Shown here in pieces: positions 41,192-55,323 of a stretch of DNA of 64,000 bases (within the stretch, counting starts at the first letter, position 1; each line of letters opens with the position of its first letter). A model generated the notes under the pieces. It ran no database searches, had not been told where the DNA came from, and was given only the letters and a program-made list of their open reading frames with translations. The DNA is taken from assembly GCF_006345805.1 (NCBI RefSeq), contig NC_043019.1, forward strand, positions 7,749,360 to 7,813,359. Reading direction: 5' to 3'. This DNA comes from Octopus sinensis (taxonomy: Eukaryota). The translations under genes and the position numbers were made by a program.

Positions 41192-41677
41192 ATATATATC
41201 CTCTATATATAAATATATCAATAAATATGTGTGTGTGTGTAGGAGGACTAAGATATATATATCACCTCCATGTGCCAAACTTTCGAAGCACTTATTAAAG
41301 AGACTAAAGCGATCGCCGCTGAAGAAAGCATGGCTGAAACTTATAAGATCGGCGAAATACCAGTATTATATGTTATCGTATCAATATTTGTGTATCGAGT
41401 AGGATTTGTGTACATATTGCTGCTATATTTGCATTAGGGAGGATATTGAATTCTGTGACTATGATACTACGTGGTATATTGCGAGATATATTAAGAAATA
41501 TTGCTTAGAGATATCTGCACATACACGCAGAATAAATACCCCGCTGTAAAAAATTCTGCTGCAAAAGGGTCATTTCACTAAAAGTTTTTGGTGTTGCCCC
41601 TGCATGACCGTACACAAATGACTGGAACAAGGAAAGCGGAAAATATAAAAAGATATATATATATATATCTTATATAG

Positions 41678-41855
41678 CGTGGCTGTGTGGTGAGAAGCTA
41701 GCTTCCCACTCATATGGTCCCGAGTTCAGTCCTGCTGTGTGGCACCTTGGGCAACTGTCTTTTTCTATAGCATCGGTCCGACCAAAGTCTTCTGATGGGG
41801 TTTGGTAGACGGAAACAGAAAGAAGCACATCATATATATGTGTGTGTTTGTGTGT

Positions 41856-41902
<47 letters not shown>

Positions 41903-42100
41903 GTGCGGACGTGTGTCTGTCTGTGTATCTGTGTTTCTGCCCCACGATGTTGGTGTGCTTACGTCCCCGTTAACTAGCGGTTCGGCAAAAGTTTACCTAC
42001 AGAATAAGAACTAGGCTTTACGAAGAATAAGATCTTTTCGACTAAAGTTGGTGCTCCAGCATGGTCACAGTCACATGACTGAAACTAGTAAAAATATTAA
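41678..42100 (+). mobile_element. SINE family A copy
   Basis: Both modules with TG linker; colinear with the 52046 copy. Confidence 0.85.
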
Positions 42101-43075
42101 AAGAATGTATAAAACGAGATAATTACCCTGTCTTTGTATGTGTAATTAGATTCCGCCGGTTCGTTTGCACAGCTTTGACTAACCAAACATTCAGAGAATT
42201 TTGTTGACCAACTTAATGTTGAGTCGTTTATAAGATGTAAGAGCACGTTATCGTTGTAAATACAAATATTAACCTCCTTAATCGTTTGCATATGCAAGTG
42301 TTGTGTTGCAGCCGAAACGTTGAACATGACCAGACAAGATGACGTCTAGGGAACAGACGAATCTTATGCACTGCATCGTCGCTCCACACTTCAATGACCG
42401 AAGTGATGGCTAGAAATAATTAAAAACAAAATATCATTACGAGGGGAATAAACAAATTCGTAGAATTTAATGCTAACGGGTTTCTTTAAATGGATCTCAA
42501 ATTTTGTATGCATTATCCATTGAGGACTGTCAATAAAAAATACCATTAAAAGCTCGCACACACATTATGAAATTACATACAGATATTTTTAAAGATCTTT
42601 ATTCACATTTAAGTATGAAGATACATATACTTACACATTACATTTTAGCCAACATTAAAGAAAGCTTATTAAGTAGTTTTAATACCATTATCTGAAAATA
42701 AAATCTTCAGATAATGCTTTTTCAATTTACGTTGTTTTTCCTCCTACTTTCATCACGGTTAATCTCCAAATTTTTAAATGTTTAATTCTCAAATTGAAAT
42801 GGAATTAAAATGTTCCCCGACATTGCCAGCATCACAAAGTTGTGCTGAGATATTCTTGTTACAATTTACGTTCGTTATCCACTACAAAACTTGAACACAA
42901 TATCAACTTCACCAACGCCAGCAAGTCAGACGTTACAAGTACCACAATTAGCATAACCACAACCATCACAACCAACACATAACAACAGTAAAAGAAAATA
43001 CTGCCTTCGTCGCCGAAACTACCGCAAACTTGATGACAGGCACAAACAACAACGACGATTAATATTCATACTAAG

Positions 43076-43510
43076 CCTAGACGACAACCTGCAACACATC
43101 ACAACAAACCAAGCTCAACAAACTCACCATACAACAACACCCTCAACATCATCAGCAACCAGAGTCGAAATGTAGCACCATTTCAATCTCCACAACTTCG
43201 TCTCGCAAAACCAGAACCGATAAATGCACCACCAAACCATCACCAACATCACTACACACGCAACAACAATTATATCACCCCCACCGCATGCAACAACGTC
43301 CATAATCCCACACCGGCACTTAAGTCACAGAATACGAGAAGGACAAAGCCTGAAATTGTTGGAGAGGAGATTAATGGACAGCATTGACTCAAGTACTCAG
43401 CTGGGACTTATTCCATCGACCCCGAAATAAGCAAAGTCGACGACTGCAGAGTTGGATCTCAGAACGTAAAACCGGCAGAAATGTCGCTAAGCATTGACCC
43501 TGGCGTGCAA
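43076..43510 (+). repeat. Copy 2 of the diverged duplicated block
   Basis: See 39552-39975. Confidence 0.8.
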
Positions 43511-43529
43511 AGTATACTACTAGCGCACC

Positions 43530-43556
43530 GCTGCAATAATAATAATAATAATGATG

Positions 43557-43601
<45 letters not shown>

Positions 43602-43634
43602 TAATAATAATAAATAATAATAATAATAATAATG

Positions 43635-43672
<38 letters not shown>

Positions 43673-43691
43673 CATAACAATAATAATAATG

Positions 43692-43762
<71 letters not shown>

Positions 43763-43790
43763 CATAACAATAATAATAATGATGATAATA

Positions 43791-43824
<34 letters not shown>

Positions 43825-43881
43825 CAATAATAATAATGATAATAATAATAATAATAATAATAACAATAATAATAATGATAA
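43530..43881. repeat. (AAT)n microsatellite, ~350 bp
   Basis: Directly visible. Confidence 0.97.
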
Positions 43882-44395
43882 TGGTATAGGCACACACCAG
43901 AAAAGGTCACAGAAAACGAGAAAGCAACCATACTCTGGGATATGCCGATACACACAGATAGAGAAATTAAGGCCAACAGGCCAGATATAGTTGTCAGAGA
44001 CCATGAAGAAAAAAAATGCTTTCTAATTGATGTATCAGTACCGGCAGATGACAACGTGTCTCTAAAAGAAATGGAGAAACTCTCAAAATACAAAGACCTG
44101 GAAATAGAGGTAACCAGAATGTGGAATCTGAAAACAGAAACAATTCCTATCATAGTAGGTGCATTAGGCATGATAAAAAAATATTCAGACAAATACATAA
44201 CAAAAACACCAGGTCTTACAAACACATATAACATATAGAAAATTGCACTACTAGGCACTGCACACATCCTACGCAGAACACTTTCCATACAATAACCATC
44301 AGAGCATCAGAACAAATCACAGCACATACCCAAGGCACACAGAGCTGCGCTCGGTAGTGAAGTGAAAGCACGCTATAAAAATAAAAATAAAACTA

Positions 44396-44400
<5 letters not shown>
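43882..44400 (+). mobile_element. 5'-truncated R4/Dong-type non-LTR retrotransposon (restriction-like endonuclease domain and 3' UTR)
   Basis: WYRHTPEKVTENEKATILWDMPIHTDREIKANRPDIVVRDHEEKKCFLIDVSVPADDNVSLKEMEKLSKYKDLEIEVTRMW...PIIVGALG...*KIALLGTAHILRRTL: PD-(D/E)xK RLE signature (RPD...D...EK..KY). One premature TAG at 44236; (AAT)n on both sides. Confidence 0.9.
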
Positions 44401-44453
<53 letters not shown>

Positions 44454-45364
44454 TAATAATAATAATAATAATAATAATATGTTCTTCTCTGCCCTAGGTG
44501 TACGGCGAGAAACGGAAGAACATTTGAAGAAAGAAGGTAAAAACATAATAATAATAACAATAGTAATATTAACGATGATAATAACGATGATGATGATGAT
44601 GATGATACCTATGCTTTGCCACAATGGAACGATGAGGAGAACAGTGTTGCGTTTTACATAGAATAATATGATTTATAAAAATTATAAATGGTATACACGT
44701 TGTAGAGTAACAACAAAGCCGTTAACATAATATCATTAAAAAACGTGAAAACTATATGAACTCCGTGTTACAGGAGAATCTCTAGGGCTATTAGAAGTAC
44801 CCCACCATACAATATGTCCCTAAACAAGAGAGATGATCCCTAGGGAGGACAAAATCCCCTCCAATTTCTCTTCTGAGGTCTTTACGTAGTGTGGTACCAT
44901 TCATTCTAGCAATTTATATCAGTTTCACTAACCCTTCAATAAATTCGCTTGGAGACAGCACCCCTGTCCATACCCTTCAAAAGTGTCACTTGTAAAATTC
45001 GATGTGTCCTGCTCTTTCGCCGACCCTGACCCTCCTACTGCTGCTGCTGCTGACTTTTTTTTGTTGTTGTTGTTAAGCAACAAGACGGGTAAGGGTGATT
45101 TCACTGCGTCCGTTCTGTGGGTTGGGAGACGTCTGGCAGGTTGGGAGCGGAAGTCCACTTTTCCCAGATCCGACGGACAACGAGAGGGACAAGAATTTGG
45201 ACCTGGAGATCTCCATTTCCAGCGACTTCGAGGGCCACCTCCAAGTGGTGTCGGGCGTCAACGAAGAGCCCTCAACTACAACAAGACCACCAATATTATT
45301 TTTTCCCCAAGATCTGGCGTCTCCCGCCCCTAAGCCCTAGACCATCACCTACATGGACCTCTAT

Positions 45365-45415
45365 CTGCTGCTGCTTCTGATGATGACGGTGGTGGTGATG
45401 ATGATGGTGATGATA

Positions 45416-45461
<46 letters not shown>

Positions 45462-45548
45462 CGACTGATGATGATGATGATGATGATGATGGTGGTGGTG
45501 GCGATGATGATGGTGATGATGATGATGATGGCAACCACGATGATGATG
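45365..45548. repeat. (GAT)n/(GGT)n microsatellite
   Basis: Directly visible. Confidence 0.95.
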
Positions 45549-45959
45549 AATCCTTCATTTGCGACGAGAGCCTAACTACTGCATAATCAATTAACTGTGG
45601 CCATGTGTAAAAACGAAATGTAACAACAACAAGAAGAAAAAGAAGCATAACATGTAAATCGACTTGAATAAACAAATACAAAAAACAAGGAAACCAAACA
45701 GCATCACGCAAAAATAACAATAACAAAAAACAATAACAAACAAAACATCGGTGTATCATCAAACATTATTCAAACACATGCGCAACAACAACAACAAGAA
45801 CAACAACAACAGTAAAAATAATAACAATAACGACGACCAAAAAAAATGAAGAACCACAGCATTTTATGAAAAATAAACAACGTATAATTTCGTGCAAAAT
45901 AAACGAAACGAATACAAATCATTACAGGACCATCACCGTCATCCATACCGCAGCAGCCA

Positions 45960-47260
45960 TTCGGCCCAACACCACCAGTGTCATAAGCGGCAAAACCCCC
46001 AACGGCACTAATATCACCACCACCACCACCACCGCCACCACTATACCACGACCGCCACCGCCAACACCACCTCCTCTACCGCCACCACTATCACTACAAC
46101 AAATACCGCCGCCACGACGACGAGGACCACCACCACTACCACCGCCTCCAACACCACTATCCACCATTACCACCATCCACCATCACCACCATCCACCATC
46201 ACCACCACCACCACCACCACAACCACCACTATAAGCACCAATACCCCACCCCTCTACCCCTCCACCCCCATCAACACCACCACCGCCACCACAACTACCA
46301 CCACCAATTGCAAACTCCACCGTCTCTGTCGCTGTTAACGCCACCTAGCGTTACTCGATTCTATCGATTTTTCTCACTTGTCATCGACAATCAACTTCCC
46401 TCTTTTTTTAAATGTTTTTTTCTATTTGTTTTTTTTGTTTTGTTTTTGTATTTTTATTGTGGCTGAGTTCTACCTTGATATCAATGATCGCAATCATGGT
46501 AAACACGTCTACACCCTCACCTGTAAACGATACATTCCTATTGCGACCACAGCAGCACCACCGCCGCCGCCGACGCCGACGCTACAACCACCACTAGGAA
46601 TCGGGAATTCCAATATGGCCACCACCATCACCCCTAACACCACCACCACCAGGACAGCCAACACCATTAACACCATCATCACCATCATCACCATCCACAC
46701 CAACATCACGACTGCCAAAACCATATTCGCCATGAAGACTACCGCCATCATCGCCACCATCGTAACCATCGCCACCATTGCTACCATCAACACCTTCTCC
46801 ACACTACCATTATCATCATCCCAACACCACCACCATGACCACTACCACCGTCTCGAATATTATCATTATTATAACCCATCACCGTCATCATCGACACATC
46901 CACCATCACAAACACCCTTGGCGTCACCATCAACATCACCACTTCTACCACTTACACCACCATGACAGACACCCCTTATTACTACCAACAATGCTATCAC
47001 CACCACTACTAACACCACCACCATCACATCACTATCACCACCACCAACACTACCACAACCCCACCACCACCACCACCTTTAACGCTACCAACATAACCTC
47101 AGCAATTAACGGCACTACCGCAGCTGCCATTGGTTTACTGCAATCAGAAACATGAGCAAAGCCATGACCACTCTACTGCAACTATCACTACCAATCCACC
47201 CGTAGCCACCACCTCCACCGGCATAATTATCACTACTAATATCACATTGATGACCACCAC
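45960..47260. repeat. Cryptic (ACC/CAT/CCG)n low-complexity domain
   Basis: C/A-rich trinucleotide mosaic on +; source of the Pro/Thr/His-rich ORFs in the track. Confidence 0.85.
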
Positions 47261-49614
47261 CAACAAATTCAGCAATATTAACAAAAGCAAGTTGATGTGA
47301 GGGCGATGGAAATTGTATGCAGTTTCTTGACTTGAGAGAAATACCAGCCATATAACATTCAAATCTTGTATTCCGAGAAAAGCGGCATGGCGTTTTCTTG
47401 TAAAACAATCTGCACAAGAGATTTGGTTCTAGTAATCGAATGTATACGCTGTACGTTAACTCATTCCGTTCATCAAACCGATTTAACCTGAACAGGTACA
47501 CCGTGTACCACGCGTCTGGCGTGATTATGATCGGAGAACGATGTGAGATTTACTTAAAATTACCTGCTGCAAGAATGAAAAACACGATCTCCCCATCGTC
47601 TGTGCATCAACCTAGTCCCTAGGGTATGCAACTTACTTGTGTAATTTACACAAGAAAGATGCATTATATAATATTGTCTTATATGGAGGGAAAATACAGG
47701 ATGCTCACAGCTACAATGCGCACAATCTTAAGTCACCTTCATCCAACCTAACTTGGTGTTAAAGAACCACAACATTAATAGCACTGTTATGAACTAATGA
47801 TGGAGCTTCCAAGCGGTCTTTGAACTGATACATATGGGAGTCAAAACACTCTTTTTTTCAAGCAATTTAAGTTATTAAACAAGGAACCAGGCTTTGGCCA
47901 ATCACACTTACAAAATGACGGGTTGGTTAAGCCTGGAAAATAATTTGACTATTGCTTTTTTCGAGTATGATTGACATTTTATCTTTATTTACGTGTTCAG
48001 GGCATTACACTGCGGCCATACTAGATCGCCATCTTGAAGAATTTTAGGGCAATGAATCCACTCCAATGCTTATTAAGCTATAAATCCTGTTATTTATTCC
48101 ATCGTTCTCTCAGGCAGAACGGGAGAGTTACAATGCCTTTAATCATAGCAAGTTCGGTGAATAAAGAAGTGGATGAACTAAGACACAAAGACACACACAC
48201 GCACATATTAAGACGCACACACATATACGCACAAAGATACACACACGTTTACATACATACGTATACACACACGCGTGCGCACACACATAGACACACGTTC
48301 TTCTTTCACTTTCCGTCAACCAAATCCACATAGAGGTATCTGGTCGGCCAGAGGCTAGAGCAGAAGACAGTTTTCAAAATGCCATCGCCACCGCATCCAA
48401 CACCACCACCACCACCACCACCACCACCACCACCACCACCACCGCCACACCCACCACAAAGAATAAAAACAACAATAACAACACTACCAAAACTATCACA
48501 GTTAGACTTAATAAAAGAGACGGAATCACCCCCAATCGCCGCACCACCTCCACCACCACCACTAACAACAACATCATTACCAACAAAGGTAGCAACCACC
48601 AGTATCAGCACCAGCACAACCAGCTCCAGCAATACCAGCACCACCACGACCACGACCACCACCACCACCACCTCGGCAATGATGAAAACCGTCATCACCA
48701 CCACGAAAAACAGCAGGAGCAGCAATAACAACAACAACAGCAACTTTATCTTCATGTCAAACTGATGCAACCATGTAGAGTTAGTTTGGTCGTGTGACCC
48801 CCAGGGTCAGCAACAAACATTCATCAACATCAGACACTCGTTCTATACTCTCACAAAAAAAAATAGCTAAGTAATTCGGAATTGTATTAGAGGCCACCTG
48901 GAGAAAAAAAGCCGCTGATGTTCAAGATTACCACTGTACATTTGTTTAATTGTTTTGCGATGATCATAGTTCGGCTCAGTCAGGAATGAACTGGGGGTTA
49001 AAACAAGGAATAAGAACAGCCGAAATAATTGTTTAGAAGATGGTACAAATTTAAACAGCGCCATCATCCGCACAAGTAGCAGCCGACAACAGCAGAAAAT
49101 ACTGACGTGGTATATACCGCCGTTACTAAAAGCACAACCACCATGATACCCGCCAGCACCGCCACACGTAATAGTGGAAGCAACGAAATAAGTGAAACAC
49201 GGCCACCAATACGGATCAGAAAAAATATACATAATGAGAACAGACCACCACCATTAATAACATCAGAGGAGCCGCCACAATCAAGAAGTCAATGGGGAAA
49301 AAAACCGCTGCTACCTTAATTAATACTGTCACAACAAACAAGAAGAGCAAGAAGCCATCACGATTGTTCGCCACCAACGAACATTCCCGTTTATCAACAA
49401 GCAACATGTGAATAAATAAATGATGAAAAAATAAAGAGCAAACAGAAAAGCCAAAAGAAATCAAATATAAAAGAGGAAATGTAAACACATATGAAGAGAT
49501 TTTTCGGTTTACGAAGCCCTCCAGAACAAAATAAACCGTGTTTGTTTGAAAGCATTTCTATGTTCAAAATCTGCTATTATTTTTCATAGCAGAAACGCCG
49601 TGTATGTATGCATG

Positions 49615-49648
<34 letters not shown>

Positions 49649-49701
49649 TGTATGTATGTATGTATGTATGTATGTATGTATGTATGTATATATATATACA
49701 T

Positions 49702-49734
<33 letters not shown>

Positions 49735-49852
49735 CATACATGCATATATACATATATGCATATGTATATATATATATATATACACGCAAGCAAACATACA
49801 TAGATATAAGTATACACATACACGAATACACACACATATGTATGTATATATT

Positions 49853-49923
<71 letters not shown>

Positions 49924-50040
49924 TTGTGTGTGTGTATGTATACCGATGATATATCAATTTTCCACTTTACGAGTGTGTAATACTTGAATGAGTGAAGAAT
50001 TTTCTGGTGTAGTCACACACACACACACACACACACACAC

Positions 50041-50090
<50 letters not shown>

Positions 50091-52044
50091 AATATGTACA
50101 CATGTATGCATTACCCTATTTTACATTTTAAACTAATGTGCATATCGATTTTAATGAATATTTGTCAAATTGAACCAATTATTCCGTTGCAGCCTCATCA
50201 ACTGCTTTCACTTTATCAGTTAGAAACCCCTTTACCACACCCAACCCACCTCGCCCAATCACTCTTTTTGATAAACCTTTCTATCTCTTTTCAATTAAAA
50301 AAAAAATATTACATGGATAATTCTCTTTGAAAATTTCATTTACTTGCTTATATTTTGTGTTATTATTATCCCGCATTTCAGATATAATTTTCTTTAATTG
50401 CTGTTCCTAATTCTTTATTATATTCTCTGATTTCGTTCTAAGATAGTTATCTATTGTGCCTATAGCATTTCAGTTCGTAGTTATTTAATAATCTGTATCG
50501 CCATTGATTTTATTATTGTCATTGAGGCTCGTGATAAATACCACTGGCACTGAGGTGCCACTACTCGGGCCTCTCACGGATGCACACCACATAACAATGA
50601 ATCTAGTTTGCTTTTCATCGTTCAAAGTCCTGACATTTCTGATCAGTGATGTCATGCGACAAATCTTTTGTATTGTGGATGAGGTTTTATACCCGACCGT
50701 CCGGGAAAAGGCCTAATGATAGACATATTCCTTCCTTCAATCTCTTCTGAACTTCTCCAAGTTCCACTTGGTTGGAAATGTGAGAGTAAAAAGCGAAATA
50801 AAAGAGGAGAGGCGATGGAGCAAAGGAAGAATGCTAAGTCTGAAAAGAAGGAAATTGGCGTCTTTTATTAAATTTGCTGAAATGTGGAGGTGAGTGGAGC
50901 GAAGAGCACGACCGATGGATGAGGTCCTAGCTTGCAACCATAGGCTAGTGCCCAATAATGACACAAGGCACCTGACCCTTACCGCAAAGGTAATCAAATA
51001 TTAGGTGTCCCTTCTTTCATCTTACAGGGCTGATTCCTATTGATAGTTTCCTCCTCCATTTCTTTTTCAATATTCAAATTTATACTTGCTTCCTCTTACT
51101 CGATTGTAAGCGCTCATCGTTTTCTCATGTATGATGCCAACATCCTTTGAAGAACTGTAAAGAAATAAAGGTAAGGTTTATTTAATTAGGGAGGATTACC
51201 CCACTGAATCGGTACGGCGCCGAGCAAAAAGCTTAGCGGCAATTCGTTGATATTACGACGAGGTCAGTTTTGCCTTACATCCTTTCGGAGTCGATAGAAT
51301 AAGTACCAGTTAACCATTGGTGTTGATGTAATCGACTTGTCCCCCCTTCCTCCGAGCTTGTCCTTGCGGCAATATCTGAAGCCAATATTAATAGCAACAG
51401 CAGCAGCAGTGGTGATTTTTCTTGTTGTAAGGAAACTCGTTTAATTGATGAATGAGAATCTTAACGTGATACAAATGCTTGGCAGCAGGTGCACTCCAAA
51501 GAAGAAAAAAAAACGAGGAAATAATTGAAAAAGCTTTAAATAAAACTGCAAAGAATTCTTATTGTAACAAAACAAATATAAAATGAAACAGATAAATAGT
51601 AAACGGAATTAGCAGTTGTATCAAACAGATAAATTTGTAGACAGATCCATTCAACATTTCAAATGTAACAGCGAAGATAGGCAAACAAACGACCGGACCA
51701 ACAAGTCTTCTCTTTGGTCCGAAAGTTTTAAATATTTCTGGAAAAATTATGTACCATTAATTTCATGTTCTCTCTGGAGGTTTGGAGAGATTTACTAAAT
51801 GGAAGATGTAGGAATAAATGACAGTTGCAGAGACAGGTTCTTTACTAAAAGCGAATGCGAACAACTTAACACAAAGCAACGAAAATACGCTCAAAGTAAT
51901 AACATATGGTTGTTTTTAGGTTTGTGAAAGAGGAAGAAATTAGAACAGGAATCAGATCCTGGAAGACTTGAATAAGAATGAAATAAAATAAGAGAAAAGG
52001 AAATTGGGAAAATTAGAAGCATATCTCGACATATATTTTGCCCA

Positions 52045-52209
52045 GGTGCAGGAGTGGCTGTGTGGTTAGTAGCTTGTCTACCAACCGCATGGTTCCTGTT
52101 TCAGTCCCACTGCGTGGCACCTTGGGCAAGTGTCTTCTACTATAGCCTCGGGCCAACCAAAGCCTTGTGAGTGGATTTGGTAGACGGAAACTGAAAGAAG
52201 CCCGTCGTA

Positions 52210-52255
<46 letters not shown>

Positions 52256-52475
52256 TGTGTGTGTTTGTGTGTCTGTGCTTGTCCCCTAGCATTGCTTTAT
52301 AACCGATGATGGTGTGTTTATGTCCCCGTCACTTAGCGGTTTGGCAAAAGAGACCGATAGAATAAGTACTGGGCTTACAAAAGAATAAGCTCCTGGGTCG
52401 AGTTGCTCGATTAAAAGCGGTGCTCCAGCATGGCCGCAGTCAAATGACTGAAACAAGTAAAAGAGTAAAAGAGTA
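52045..52475 (+). mobile_element. Full-length bipartite SINE family A (young-looking)
   Basis: GGTGCAGGAGTGGCTGTGTGGTTAG head, both modules, (TA)n(TG)n linker, AAAAGAGT tail repeats. Confidence 0.92.
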
Positions 52476-52679
52476 TATGTATATGGAGAATAAGTGGGTT
52501 TACAATTCCCAAACATAATTCTGTCATCAGTTGCGAGAAACTGTTCGATGCAAGATTACGCTGACTCTTAAACATAGAGTGGGCGATGAGTCTTTAAATC
52601 TTGATTTACTGCCTTGTTGTGTTTATCTATGAATCGACTGCATCACATGTCTGAATTGTGAGAAGGGTTTCATATATTG

Positions 52680-53170
52680 ACATGAAGGGGACAGGGCAAT
52701 TGTGGGTCACGCGGTAAATCGATTACATCAACCAGAAAGGCATCAACTGGTATTTTATTGTATCGATCCTGAAATTATGAAAGGCTAAGTCGACCCTGGT
52801 AACATTTGAGCTCAGAGCATGAAGGCGAACGAAATGTGGTTGGACATTTTGTCCCTCGAGCTCGACAACGATTCAGACAAATGACCGCCTTTGTATGAAT
52901 TGTAATTTTGAATTCAAATATTGGCACATGTCCAGCGTGACTGAAAAATTATAATCCTATTAACAACAACTTGTATCAGACAAGTGACCTGGGGAGGAAG
53001 AGAACAGATGATATCGGACCCAGTATTAAAATGGTACTTATTTTATCGACTCTCGACATATATGAGAGCAAATTTGGCCTTGGCGGAATTTGAACGTAGA
53101 ATGTGAAGACGGACGGAATGCTAGTAGACATCTTCGCTCGGCATGCTAACGATTCTACCAACTCGCAGCC
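52680..53170 (-). mobile_element. Two degraded SINE family B copies in tandem
   Basis: Diverged GAAAGGC.AAGTCGACC and GGCGGAATTTGAAC...CATGCTAACGATTCTACCAACTCGC motifs. Confidence 0.6.
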
Positions 53171-54142
53171 ATTTAGGAATCGAAATGCTTACAATCATAT
53201 CTGCTCGTGAGTATACTAATTGAAATGCATGCATTACCGCTTCAATATAACCAACAGATTTTCTATAAAAAAGTTTCTCCAAAAGCTTCATGCAATAACA
53301 CACACACACCACACACACACAAACACACAAACACACACACACACAAACACACGTATGTGTAAGATGAAAATGCATGTAGGCATATGGATTTATATACGTC
53401 TGTGTATTCCTCCATACAATTATCGATCTATCTATTTATGTATCTATCTATATTATATAACACTAGAGAGATGGAAGGAAATTAAAGAATATAACGTAGA
53501 TACAATTATATAAAACACATAGGGCGCTAAAAGAAATATAAATATATTATTTAAATTTTCCCTGGACACGGACATATATTGCTAGGGAAAAATATTCGTA
53601 TATAAAAGCATGAACAATCTAATTCTCGTGTACACAGCCGTTTACATGTTTATAATATTTAAGCTGTCACTATTTGTCAGTATCTGCATTTATATGCATT
53701 TGTAACATTCCAGATGTTATAAAGTTCGTGTTTTCTTTCATACTAAAACCAACTTCAATATATTTTTATATATTAAACATGACTTTTGTGTAAATACCCT
53801 ACTAGGAATTCATACAAGTTGCGGCAATATATCTTCAATTGATTTCTGTTCATTTCTATTTGCTTATCAAGGCAACATGTCAGGAGTAATTTTCAATGAT
53901 TTAATTCAACGTTGATGTTTATCGATCGGCTATTTCTTAGAGAAATGCGTCATCAAGGGATCAGAGCTTTTATCCCCGAGAATTTATTTCTATAAGAACT
54001 GAATTTTTAAAGATTTTGCCGACATATCAATCAGATTTCTAGAGCAGACCACAAGTCTAACGTGGTCTATTGGGCTTCCAGGAAATGTTGGGAAACATAA
54101 ACGCACATACACTTACATATACGGTGTCTGATATAATAATAT

Positions 54143-54181
<39 letters not shown>

Positions 54182-54648
54182 TATATATATATATATATTG
54201 ATGCATATACATGCATACATATATAATACATACATATGTATATATATGTGTGCGTGTATGTATACATATACATATATGTACGTATATATATATAGTTATA
54301 TATATGTATATATATGTATATATATATATTTACACACACACACACACACACATATATATATGTATATATGTACATAAACACATTTCAGCAAACTACAAAG
54401 CTATGTGTACACAAATCCATATGATCTTACGTATGGTCGTATTTTTGTATGTATGTATGCGTATATTATTAATAATTCTCTTCTTTTACTTATAATCGTA
54501 GTTGAATACTTATCAGCAAACTGCAAATAAACTTATATATTTATCTCTATTCCTTCAGTTTGGATTACTTGAGGAAATTTGCAGACATCTTTTCCCTACG
54601 TCATGAATGAAATGACATACACACACGCCCACATTCAGTAATTCGTAT

Positions 54649-54693
<45 letters not shown>

Positions 54694-55114
54694 ACAATAT
54701 CTACACATGTATGTTGACATATACATTTGCTTATATTATAATACATGAATGTATATACATATATGTATATATGCGTGCACATGTGTATTTGTGTATGGTT
54801 GCAAGGCTTTTATATGAGTTCCAACATTTCTTTTTCTGTGTATTCGTTCTGTACATATTATTCTTTTGTCAGATGTTATACGTTTTTAATTTTTCAGTTA
54901 AACGTGTCCACAGTTCTTTTCTTATACGTTCCATAGAGTCTGATACTATTTCCTGAGTTGGAATCTTGTTGGACATGCAAAACCTGCGGTTCTCTATTCT
55001 AAACCAAAAGCTGAGAACTTATTCTCTTGCAAGGTGCTGCAGCCAAACCTTAAGTCTGTCTCAAATGTATCTATCTATCTGTCTATCTATACATCTATCT
55101 ATCTATCTATCTAT

Positions 55115-55290
55115 CTCTCTTTCTCTCTCTCTCTATATATATATATATTTCTTTAAACTCTGTTTATCGAAGAGCGGGTTTCGATACGTGGAACGCCCTT
55201 TCTTTTTTTCCTGACCTTTAATTTAAAATTTTACATCTACCTGTTATTATCCCACTTAACTCTGTCTTTCGTATATATATGTTATATATA

Positions 55291-55323
<33 letters not shown>

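Noticed and set aside
43389-44288. Longest ORF in the track (299 aa, minus strand)
   Set aside because: It is the antisense of the R4/Dong endonuclease fragment plus (ATT)n translated as poly-Tyr.
51100-51154. Minus-strand 55-nt exon SSKDVGIIHEKTMSAYNR with good splice signals
   Set aside because: Isolated, with no partner exons found, and it overlaps equally good + strand signals; cannot be supported alone.
53872-54125. + frame with only two TGA in ~85 codons, or a 14-nt microexon at 53872-53885
   Set aside because: No convincing donor for the long form, and the microexon was chosen post hoc to fit phase.
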